From Amoebophrya sp. A120 (taxonomy: Eukaryota > Protista > Dinoflagellata): 64,000 nt of DNA. A model generated the notes under the pieces. It was not told where the DNA came from. It did not search any database and was given only the letters and a program-made list of their open reading frames with translations. Position numbers and translations under genes: made by a program. The stretch's first letter is position 1; each line of letters starts with the position of its first letter. The DNA lies in contig CAJINV010000003.1 of the NCBI GenBank assembly GCA_905178155.1, positions 5,418,251 through 5,482,250 on the forward strand. Reading direction: 5' to 3'. Shown here piece after piece: positions 25,901 to 37,900 of this stretch.

Positions 25901-28900
25901 TCGCTCTGCGCAAAAACCAAATGTAGAACCGGCAGGATGTATATGATTGGCGACATGTAGAAGCAGATGATAATCCATCGAAGGTCCGCGCCGTTCATCA
26001 CGTAATTGCCCTTGCTACGCATAACTCGATAGCACAAATGCTGCGCGAAAGATACTTGGGAATTAACCTGCTTGCGGATGGCGTCGATCTGGTCCGCGAT
26101 TTCCCCTAGCTTGATCGTGATGCCGAGGATTCGCGTCTGCTCCTTCAAGTTGAAAGTGACTCCAAAAGGTTGGAACGCCGCGAGGTACGCAGCCTGCTCA
26201 TCCATTCATTGCCGAAGCCGATAGCAGCATCTCCGCCTTTTTTGGGGCGAGGTACTGGCTGCCCTTCGGACCGATACATCGTTTCGTACGATTCGGCGAC
26301 TATCCGCAAAAGGCGGCGAAGTTTTTCCGCGTCCAGCCTGTGAAACTTTACGGAAATTGTTCCGTCGTCGACGAATTGGACCACGGCGGATCTGCTTGGT
26401 TTTTCTGTTACCTGCTCGCTCACTGGCAAAGTCTGGCTCACTCGCTTCCACTCGTACTCGGTCGATCGGGGCTTCCGCTCCCTCCTTGTTCTGTTGCCTG
26501 TCTCCGCGCCGCCGTCTCCCTTTTCGTCGTGAAATAGCTCGTGGACCTCCTCGGTCGGGTTGTAGTCCGGAAAGGTGACATCGATGTCGTCCCCTCCTGC
26601 GAAGTCGGCCCGAAGCGTTCGGCGCAGTTTGCAGGCTGCGCCCTGCATTCGCTTATCGCAAATCCGCCCCGCATCGTCGAAAGATTCTTCGACGAACTGC
26701 GCGACCGCGTGAACGCCCCGCATGTAGAGGAGGACACCGCAGAGCATCGTTTCCACCGAACCCTGGATGAGGTCCCGGTGGGACTTTATCTCCGCGAAAC
26801 AACTTCCATCGCGAAGGAAAAGCGTTTTCCGCCAGTTCGCCAGCATCGTCAGCTTGATGTAGGTCGGACGCAACCAATCTGGCCCATCTAAAACTTCTCA
26901 ACATGCTCGGAACGCTGATACAATTGAAGAAATTACTGGCATCAATTCCGATCAGGATTGTCAACCACGTTGCGAGGTTTTCTTTTTCCTGCTCACTCGG
27001 CTCCGCCGCTCGCTCGTTGTTCTCGCAGCCGTTTTGCAGCTGGTCCCCATGCGCCACCTTCAAAATCTGCAGAACCGTGGCCATGCACGAGGCGGCAGGC
27101 TTTCCTCCCTGCTGCGCCTGAAGGCGTAAACGCGTCTCCGAGGTCTGCAATTCGCGCCATCCGATGCGTGAGGAAGCTCAGTAGGATTCGGTAGACCGGC
27201 GTGCCCCGTATAACTGTCCGCAGCTTAGAGATGTCGTCTCCCAGCTGTGACGCTTTGCGCAAGATCTCCACCTGTAAAACCGTCAAGGCCGGCGGTAGGA
27301 TTGCGTCCTCCGTCCCTGGGGTCCACTCCGATCGTGCCACGCGCCGGAGGAAGGCCTCGTATCCCGCTGCGAGCTGCTGGATTTGTGCGTCGGTCATTGC
27401 AGCATATACCCGGGGTCGTACTCCGTCGGCGCCGGAGGCTTCTTGGTTCATTTTCATGATGTGTCTCCGTAATTCTTCTGCTGGTACTCGGAGCGGTGGG
27501 AGCTCCTTTGCCGCCTCTGTCAGCTGTGTGACCGCGCGGCGCATCTCCTCGACCCCGAAAGTGTGGCGCTTGCCTTCCGCAACTCGGATTTTCTCGCTTT
27601 TGAGCACGTGAGCCAGGGAAATTTTCTTCGTGCACTCCTCTACCCCTGTAACCACCTCTGGGTTTGCGGCGGTGCCGGCGTTAATCTCCCTAACCTCCTC
27701 CGCGGGGGCCCCCCTTCCGGAGCCAAGAACCTGCTCTCTCGCTTGTCTTGCGAATTGGTAGACGTTATTTAGTGACGTCCCATCCACCGGCCCGCGGAAA
27801 ACGGATCGCCACTCACGCTCCTCTTCTTTGCGTCCGCTCCCTCGATTTTTGCCCTTGCCTTTGCCGCTCGCTCCTTTCTTCCTTCCCCCCTTGCGCGGTG
27901 GGGATTTTCGCTCAAAGAGGTCCCGCATTTCTTCCGTCGGTCTCGCTGCTGCCAGATTACAGACGCCCGCTTTTAGCAAGACTTCCTGTGCCCATTTTTG
28001 TACTCCTTCAAGGCCTACCTCTTCGATACTCGGCATTTGTTCGTCCGCGAAAATCGGCTCGAGGGATGCTGTGGTCTTCGAGTTGCGTGGCCACGTCAGT
28101 ACGCCTTCGAAGGGAATCCGCTCGCCGAATTCGTCCGGCCCCTTCAAAATCTTTACCCTTTCACCGCCTTCGTCCTGTGGCACCAGTTCCGAGTACTTCG
28201 CGTTGAAGTCTAGTTCACTTGCGCCCGAGGCTGTACTGGTCTGACTCGCCTGGCTCGCTTGGGTCGCGCCTGTGGCGGCCGTTGCCGGCTCGTTTTTTGG
28301 TCTGTACCAGCTAACGGCGGTGTGGAGGGCAATGTGGTCTCCTTCAGGCAGTGCCGGACTTCGGTTGCCCGGGATCGGTTTGCACTCCTTCTTATGCCCC
28401 CGAACGACCTGCACCCGCTGGATCTCCGCCGCGAAAACCACGCCACTCCTCGGGCCTACGGCCGTAAAATCTATCGTGGTTGGCGAGGTTTTGGATCGGT
28501 AGCACGTTGGTCCCTCCGTGTCCTGGAATCGCGCGCGGCTGTTCAGCAGGCTGAAAAGCGGCTCTAGTGCCTCCGATCGGACCAGTGCGCAGGCTGGCTG
28601 GTTTGCCGCCAAAGCCGCTCTCTCATCGTTGTCAACTTCGTGATACGCATTCAGGTCACCTGATATTATCCACAAATCAGCGGCGTCCATAGCTGCTTCG
28701 ATCTCCTGGATCAGGCTGCGCATCTGCTCCGCAATGAACTCGCGCTGCGGTGAGTCTACCGGTAGCCGGGTCTCCCTGCGGTAGAGAGTCAGCGTCAGTC
28801 TCCGGTCTCGCACTGCGCCAACGGCCCAGAGTATGGCGTCTTCTTTGTTCGTTATCTCCTCCGTGAAGAAGCTGCCGCGTGGGTCGCGCGCAAGTATCAG

Positions 28901-31900
28901 TCTGTTGATCAAGATCTTTGGCCGCTCTCTCACGCTATTGCAATCCGCGACCAGACCACCACCGCACTTCAGGCTGGTCGAGATGCCCACGAGGTCGGTC
29001 GCCGCTACTACGTGCAACCTCTTTCGCCCTCTCACTCCTGTGAATTGCGCACGATCGAGGTCCAGCTCGCTCTTTTTGATCTCAACCGCTGCCGCCTCTG
29101 TTGCCTGCAGGTCCGTGACTAACTTGACGAGCGCTTCCGTGTTGGCTTCTCCCGACCCGTTCACGTTCCAGTACACGTGACTGATGAAATCTGGCTCGTC
29201 CCCATCTTCCGGGTCGTCCGGCTTGAAACCCAGCATCCTCAGTGCCGGGCAGCCGGTTGCTTCAGGTGGCAGGCGAGTGGTGGCTGTCTACAGCATGCAT
29301 GGCGTTGCTTTTTTCTTTGAGTTTCTTTCTGCCATATGCATTACTAGTCCGCTACTTACTGCCTTCTCTACTCGACATCCCTACTCGCAAAGCAAAGATG
29401 CCTAGATGCCTACTTCGTTTGTCGCCTACGAAAAGCCCAACCTCACGCCGATCATCTGACCTTGCATAGCATACAAAGACCCGCTATCTACTATCTACTC
29501 GCACTAGATTGCACTTTATGGCGCGAAATATGCCTTCTTTTAACTTGTGAAACGCCGCTTCCACTGCCGCTGCTTTAGTTCGACTGACGTCTGTGCCTCT
29601 CAGTCTTCTTTTGAACACGTGGAGCAACTGCGCGAAGTTGTTCTATCTCATATTCGCGACTACTCTGCCTACCTTGCCTTGCTTTTTCTGTTTTTGGGAT
29701 GCGAGTTCTCTCTGCGCATGCTAAGAGTTTCTACTTATTCTGGGTTAAGCCACCACTGCCCACCTGCCAACCTGACTTGAAGCGCGTGCGTCTGATCTAA
29801 CAAACCCTCTGCCCCTTCAACTTCTGCACCCGGAGTCCCCCCGCCCTCACGAGTCGGCAGCTTGCTCCCTCCTCTCGCGTGCTCGTGTTTGCTGGCGCTT
29901 GACCTCTTTCTCGGATTTTTCCTTCTTCTTGTCCTTTCGGCGGTCCGCCGTCAGTACCCGGGCGTCGCCTTTCTGCAATTTCTTCTCGAAATTTTCGGCC
30001 CGCTCTTCCTTTGTCATCTTCAAAAACTTTTTTCGGGATTTCTGGTGTGCGTCCCGCTTTCGCTTTTTTCTCTTGTCGACTTCGCCCTGTCGCGTGTTTG
30101 GCGTCATCGCGTCCAAGCGCTTCTGCAGGTTCTCCTTGCAGCGGTCGCGCACGATTTTCGCATACTCTTTCGTGCCCGGTTTGGCTCCTTCCACCGGCTG
30201 GCTCCTCGCTGGCGTGAACTCCCGTGGGACTGTCTGCTTTTTCAGTGGCTCGCCCGGGAATGCGATGTCCGGTCGCCCCGGGTTGTCCATTTCAAAGCCC
30301 TTGCGTAGCCGGGCCAGCTGCCTGCGCGCCTCCATCGTTTTCCGGGAATTCTGGTTTGTCGGTGTTGTTTCGGAGCTCTCTTCTAGCTCGCCCGGCTCTC
30401 TCACTGACTGCACTCCCTGCCTCACGCCCGCTCGCTCAATGCGTTTCCGTGCTTTTCCGGCGGGGGGAAGTCGCTGTCTTTCCGCACGCTACGGCCGGCA
30501 CTGGCGCTGTGCTCCGTTACTGTCCGTCGCCGGGCTTCCTACCGCCTCGACGCTGTCTCCCGGTCGCTGTTTCCCGCCGCATGCCGTGCGTTACATCTAC
30601 TACTACTGTGTGTGCGCTATCTGCTCGGCCGTGCCTACTAGTTTAATACAAGCATCTACTTAGCCCTATCTATTCGCTCTACCTTGAGCGGCCATACATA
30701 CGAGGGGAGCAGATCGAACGGCGTCTGCTGCGCCTCCTTCTACTTTTCTCATGCATCTTAAACGGGCAGTCTCGGTGGATCAAAATTTCATAGGAGCTGG
30801 CCGAACACTCAAAACTGCCTTTTCTCTTGGCTTTTTGTTGTCTGTTTCCAAATGGGTCAACGGGAATCCTTCTTCCTGACTTTACTTAAAACAGTTTTAA
30901 TCTCGCGCAGTAGTAGTGTATGTAATTCAAGACTTCCTGGACTGTCATCCACTATCATCCTTCGTCCCTTGCCCTCTTTAGTTCCGATTTGACCCCCCCG
31001 CCCGCGGCGTGAAAAGCGGCGACATTTCCTCTTCCGAAGACCATTCAGCGACCACTTGCTTCTGTCTCTTCGCTGGGTTTCCCGGCGTTGTCGCGGTGTC
31101 CGTCGCCCGCTTGCCGCTTTTCGTCTCTCGGTTTTGTGCGCGCTCTACTCCGTGGTCGGTTTTTTCCTGCGTGCCACCTCCCCCCGTGCTTGGGGCGCTC
31201 GGGGCGGCGTGGCGGTTCTGAAGCTGCTCTCTCTGTGACATTTGGATTTTTTCCATTTCTTTTGGATTCCAAAAAAATCTGTATTGCATGAGTACCAAAG
31301 GGAGTGTAATTCTTGCTACGCGGAGAGGGCATTTGTCATGCGGAATAGGCATCAAGAAGCTCTCAAAAAATCTGTGATGCTAGGGCATGCATCACAGACA
31401 TCAGGGCTCATGCAAAACGTGCATGACAAGTGTCTGAATCTTCCAGACCCAGTCATTTTTACAGTTGATAAGCAAGTGGTCGGTCCCCAAGCGGTCCTGT
31501 GCTGTCGCTACGGTATTTCGCGTACTGAGAGGAAAAATCCCCCCTCCCCATATTGAAAAGGTATGTTTCCAAAAATTTGTGTTGCGGATTTGAGGTCACA
31601 AATCACATCTGTCTTGCAAGACGACAAGGGCAGATGCTTTCGCCCCATTAGGGAAGCGATTTGCCATGCTGGTGTGCTTATAGGGGAGCCGTTTGCCATG
31701 CTGAGCAACTAGACCCATACGCCCCTACCTAGCCTGGGGATCTGGCCGCAGTGCCGCTCTGCAATACAAATCTGATTTGTGTACTCAAATACAGCATCAC
31801 AAATTTCGTTTTCGATATGGGGAGGGGGGATGTTTCATTTTGATATCGCGACCCAGGAGTAGATCCTGCAGCCCCCTGCTTGGCGACGTGGCTGAGTGCG

Positions 31901-34900
31901 GAGATCGCGCCCACCGCTCGTGACATGGCGTTGACAGCCCGGACGGCGTTCACTGCCGTGTTCATGTTCACGTGCAGAATGCCCGTGGTGGTCGTGTGGT
32001 GTGCCCGATCCTCGTAGATGAGCGGGTAGAATATTTTGTCCGCCTCCTGCAGAAGGTAGTCCTCCGCGAACTTGGGCTTCAGACCCGTCAGCTGTCCTGT
32101 GGAAAAACGTGGCCCTCCCGCCCGCAGAGACGACCCCAGAGTAGTTCTTGCCATGCAGATTTGCAATGAATATATTATTTATGGAAACACGACTTGGAAT
32201 CGATGCGCCTCCCGCCCAAGGGAGGCGCTTATGATCTCAGTCGTGTTTGGACATTATTATTTGTAAGGCTGCAAACTACAGAATAGCACGGAGATGGCTT
32301 TCTTCCTTTGTGAAGATTCGGGTGCCCTTGATGCTCATGCTGCAGCTAACTTGCACTACAACAAACTGAGGGACATTGCATGCGTGACTCCCAATAAAAC
32401 TTCCGGATTTGTGTACTTAGTTGCAGAGATCATGATGATCATCGTCCCAGTCATTGACTATGGGGCGTCGTCCATGACCACAGTGCGCCCCGTTTTTCCT
32501 CAGGATATGAGCTGGTACATGGTGAGCCGTATCGCCCCGGAGCGGTGCTCGCTACGGTAGATGCCGGTGCCATGGTGCAGCGTGGTGCGCTGGCCGGACG
32601 TCCGCTGCGCGTCGCGTAGTCGCTCCCGCGCCACCTTCTCGCGTTCTCGATCCACCAGGCGTGCGTGCCGCCGCGCGCCCTTGTGGAAGCAGGTATAGAA
32701 CTCCATGTACTGGAAGTAGAAGGCGCAAAAAAGGGGAATGTCGAGGAGGAATTCCAAGGTGCAGAACAAGAGGTACCCGTTCCAGGGCATCAGCTTATAG
32801 GGACGGCGCCAGAGGCTAAAGAAGGACTTGGAGGCGAGAATCAGGATGGCGACGAAAAATCCCCGGAGGTCGATCTGGTACAGCAGCGTCCCGCGCTCGC
32901 GGAAATACCCGACGAGAATGTCGAAGTCGCCGGGGAGCTTCGCCTCGGCGCTACTGGCTGCCTTGAACTGCGCGCCCCAGTCGGCTCGCTCCCGCAGACC
33001 CTTGATAAAGAACAGTGCAGCGCAGCAAGCGAAAACGAATCGCTCCATGCGGGCCGGAGTCCCCCCTAAGGGCATGCAGTATCCTGAGTAAAAACGTACC
33101 CACACCAGAGTAACGATGGGGATTTTGCAACACAAACCTAGGGCCTTTGTGAGTCACGCATGACAAGTTGCGCTCTGCAGTGTAGTGCAGGTTAGCAAGT
33201 GCAGCCGCGTCACAGATTCATCTGCTCATCCTGTTCACAGCATTACAAATTCCAAAACACGATTGGAAATGGCTCTCATGGGGATGCGCATTACAAGTCT
33301 TCCTGTCTTTGCAAATCTGCACTACAACTCTAGTGTGGGTACGTTTTTACTCAGGATATGCAGGTGAAGTAGGTCACCGCCAGGATGAAAAACACGCTCA
33401 AGTTATCAAAGTGAAAAATCCCCCCTCCCCATATCAAAACCGAAATCTGTGATGCGGGATTTGTGAGGCGTGAGGCGTGAGCGGGATTTGTGTACACAAA
33501 TCCAATCTGTCTAGCAGTAGAGGACTGCAGGCAGATGCAGCGCCTGAATAGGGGCGCTTTGCTGTAGGCACCTAGCAAGGCAGGCATATCCTCTGTAGGC
33601 GATACAGCATTACAAAGCGCCTGCGCAACGCGGGCGGTTCTCTGGCTTTGTCCTCTTGCAATACAGCGACGATTTGTGGTCGCAAATCAGCATCACAAAT
33701 TTTCAGTAGTTCCCTTTTTTGGTATGGGGAGGGGGGATTTTTCCTCACAATACAAGTAGGTCGAGGTGCGTGACAGGTAGCGAAACACCCGGTAGTCTTT
33801 GAGGTAGAGCGTGATCCGCGCGATCTTTTCTTCTGGATGGACCGCTTATGCACTGCAAAAGTATCGCACTACAACTACAAATCGAATGACAAATTTCCTC
33901 CGCACGATGTAATGCTGATTGAACTTGCAAAAAAAAATTCAATATCAATTTGTATATGCATGAAGGCGATTAGTACTACGAACGAGTGCGATACTTTTGC
34001 AAGGCATACCACTGTGGCCAGCGCCAACTTTTGCGAGGCACCCCCCAGGTTCGCGTACTTCTGGATCTTTTTCTCGATCGTCTCCTGGATCACTTGCATC
34101 CGGGTTTTCGACCCCTCCGAGGAGGCCTCGTTCCGCTTCGCGTCGGTGATGCTTGCGTACTTTCGCTTGTAGCCCGACAAAGTGACGTATGAGAGTGCAC
34201 AACTCTCCCCGCCCTCATTTGTAAATGCAAAATACCAAATTCACACCTCGCTTGTAAGCACTGTTAGCATGACAAATTTTGGAACCCCAAATAAATCCGC
34301 ATGCAGATTTGTCATGCGAAAGCCCCTTTTTTGCTGTTGCTTGCGTTGCTGTTCATGCAATACTGTCAAATACAAATGATCGAAGAGGGGGAGATCATGT
34401 GCACTCTGATATGACGTTCGTTCGTCCCGCGTCGCCGGCGATGCAGATTACCATCAAAAAGTCGGAGATCAGGTTGTACCCCGCGAGGAGGGGGAAGATC
34501 AGGCTCGACCAGGTCATCATCATGCTCGCGAGCATGAAGTTGAACCGGGACCGCCCGAAATACTCGTCGTGCTTGTTGACGTCCCACGTGAAGGACCAGG
34601 CGTTCTTCACGTAGATGGGCTCGTAGTACACACTCAAAAACTGCTCCTCCAGCTGATGGTTCAGAAAGTACATGAGCCGGGTCACCGCCCACCACCACAA
34701 CAGGGTGCGCATCATGTTGAACTGGTGCACGAAGTAGACCTCTGTGATGTTGGAAATCGCCAAGTCCCGCACCGTCAAGTCCTTCCACTTCCGAGGCAGC
34801 GCCTTCTTGGACAGCGCCGCGAACCGCGGGCCCAAGTACTTCTCGGGCTTGAACTCCGGAATGCGGAGGTATTTGCTAGTCCCTCGGACGCACCGCTCCT

Positions 34901-37900
34901 CGTCGTCGGTTTCGACGCCGCTGCTCGAGTCGGTGTCCTGGTCGATCTGCGGCAACTCTTCCTCGTCCTGCTGCTGCTCCAGGAAGGACTCACGTCCGGG
35001 GGCGAACTTGGACGCCGGACCGGTGGCCGTGGTGTCGATCAGCTCCACCTGGTCCGGCCCGGCAAAGTCGTCCGACGCGATGCATTGAGAGGAAAAATCC
35101 CCCCTCCCCATATCGAAAAGGCATGCTTCCGAAAATTTGTCCTGCTGATTTGAGACCACGAATCACGTCTGTCCTGCAAGAAGACAAATGCAGAGGCTTC
35201 CCTGCCATTATGGGAGCGGTTTGGCATGCTGTTGGGCCTAGAGGACAGCCGTTTGTAATGCTAAGCAACTACTAGACCAAAACGTCTCTCCCTAGGCTGC
35301 GGATCTGGCTGCGATGCCGTATTGCAAGACAGCGCGCATTTGTGTACACAAATCCTGCATCACAGAGTTCCCATTTGATATGGGGTGGGGGGATTTTTCC
35401 TTTTGATACGATGCTGGCCACGGAGCCGCGGTCTCCACCAATGGGAACGAGGGCGAGGTTGGCGTCCGGCAACATTTCGGCTTCCTCGCTTTCCGGGATG
35501 CTACCCAGCGAGCCGCCCCGCGAGGCGCGTGCGCCGTCCGCGGGCATGCTGCTGGCCCGCTCCCGGGCACCGTCCCCGGCCTCGGCGGTCCGCCCCCGCC
35601 CGGCCTCGTCGTCCGGACTCGAACTCTCCGCCCGCTCCGCGCTCCGAGACCGCGGCTCCCCGTCCACCTCGCCGTCTTTCTTCAACGGGATCTTGTGCCC
35701 CAAGCGCGCCTTGTACAGGTCATCCGCCGTCAGCGTCGAGAGCCGTCGGTGGCCGCGCTCTCCCGGCAGCTGAATGAGGCCGCGCCCAGACTTCTTGCCC
35801 TTGCCCTTCAGCAGGCGAAGCTGGTCGTCAATCATCTTCGCCGGGTCCGCCGCCCCTCCTTTGCCGTCCCGGACCCGCTGCTCCGCGTACCGCCGCCCGC
35901 GCTCGCTGCGCCCGGCGGACTTGTCCGCGTTGACTAGCGCCTCGAATTCGGGTGTGCCCTCCTTGGGGGCGCGGGCGCGCCGCTTCTCCAACATCAGCTG
36001 GTTGAAGTCAATGGGCCCCTTGCCCGCGTGCAGCGCCTGCTTGTCGAGCTCTTCCACTTTTTTCTTCCGCCGGGCCTCCTTTTTTTCCCGCAGCAAATCC
36101 GTCGGCGATTTGGCTTTTTGCGACATCTCCTTAAAGGAGTCGCTGTGCACCGACATGATGCGGTCCTCCATCGGAATCTCGCTGTCGGAGATGTCGCCGG
36201 CCTCCCGGAGCGGTTCATCGAACTGCACGGTCTTTTTCCCGTCTACAACAACGTCTCCTCCTGGTGAAGAACCAACGGGCAGCTCCCCTTCCGCGGGAGC
36301 TACACCTCCTCCTGCTCCCGTCGAGGACCCCGGCTCGCCTTCTTCCCCGTCCCGCGCGCTCCGCAGCGCCAGCGCACTGGACTGCCCCGTAGGAAGACTC
36401 ATCATGGAGCTCTCCTCCCCGATGTCGCGCGTGAACCGCCGCGTAAAGGTCCGGGAGACCGCAGCAGGCTTGGCGTGTGGAACTTCGGGCGGGTCTGCGA
36501 TGTCGTCGTCGTGGTGTGGTTGATCTTCGCCACCCGCTCCTCCGTCGTGGCGCACGTCGCCCTGCATCGCGTCGTCGCTCCCGACGCTGCGGCGGTGCGG
36601 CTGTTGCGAAGACGAGGACGAGCCCCCGACTTGGTCCTGTGCGCCGCCGCCGGGTGGTCCTGGCCCGGCATGGACGTCGCCAGCCATCGCATCATCGCTG
36701 CCCACGCTGCGGCGCTTTTGCTTTGACGAGGAGGACTTTGCAGCTGATGTTGAGTCTACTTTGTCCTTCATTGCGTCATCGCTGCCAACGCTGCGGCGCT
36801 TTGGCGACTTCGGGGGTCGAAGAACCTTTGGCGGGCCCGCGGCCGCGCCGCCGCCCGAATCGCCGCTCTTCGACTGCGAGGAGCGCGATGTACTGGAGGA
36901 AAAAAAGTGTTACTGTTACACATTGCAAGAAAAATAAAACCGAATATTTTCATACGTTCAGTAAGAATTTTTTTGGAACGCAGGTCGGCGAAAACTTCGT
37001 TTCTGATGAATGACGCAGACATGACGAATGCAGCCAGCCATCGGCCCCATCAGTTACGTCCTACACTAGCTAGCTGAGGGCGCGCCTATTTTGGCGCTCC
37101 TCTCCCAATGGCTGGCCCGGAATGCGGTTCGCTGGCCTTTTGTTTCCTGGCCCCATCCCGTGACAACATGAAGCAGAGAATACAGATGGAAGGGGACTCG
37201 GTCACAAGAGTGGCAAACCGCCTCCGGGTGAACATTGGCAGGGTTTTGGTAGCCCTGTAGCACGAGTGTTGCGCTATCAAGCATGCGCCGCTTGACTTGT
37301 AGGCGAGATATTTTCTCAGACACCCACGGAAGAGCCTGCGCCCGCAGGATCCCTGAAATTCAATCACGGACGTAGCCAGTAGCTTCGTACAGCATGCCTA
37401 GCCTAGTAGAATCGCACAGCCTAAGCCTAGCCAGCCTACGCCTATGCTTATGCCCATCGTGAGTCTTTCCATCCTGACAGTGTAAATGAGTGCCCCCACT
37501 CGGATACTCAACGGACGAAAATCATTGCTACCGATTCCGCTCCTGTTTTGATGTGTTCGAGACTTACACTGACACGAAAATGAAAACGCAATAGGCGTGA
37601 CAGGTAGCCGCGGCTCGAAAAAAGTTCTAGCCTGCCCTTGAAAAAATACGCTATTTTCGATGTCGTGTGTAACTGTATCACTTTTTTCCTTCGATATGCG
37701 AGGAGCGCGATGTGCTGGAGGAAGACTCCCCCGTGCTCTCACGGTCATCCACCGCGGCTGCCGCGTCGCCCTCTGCCTCGCCCTCCGCCTTGACGTCTAC
37801 CCTCCCGGCGCCCTTGGGCGCGCCGGCCAACGCGCCCTCCGATTCATCCTCCGGGTCGTCGTTTTCGTGCGGGCGAAGGCTCCGCTTCCGCCGGTTGCAG

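Larger units (their letters stand above)
23244..31261 (-). mobile_element. Non-LTR (LINE-like) retrotransposon, APE + RT, frameshifted
   Basis: APE and RT motifs; (CCAA)4 3' tail at 23245-23260; boundaries set by the interrupted introner; no TSD seen. Confidence 0.85.
23203..31470. mobile_element. Family-B introner split by a retrotransposon (left part 23203-~23243, right part ~31262-31470)
   Basis: Left TIR at 23203 and right TIR ending 31470; matching DR AGCAA at 23198-23202 and 31471-31475. Confidence 0.9.

Noticed and set aside
26145-27150. Programmed frameshifting in the RT
   Set aside because: Three shifts within the RT core and no convincing slippery sites; decay or sequencing error is simpler.
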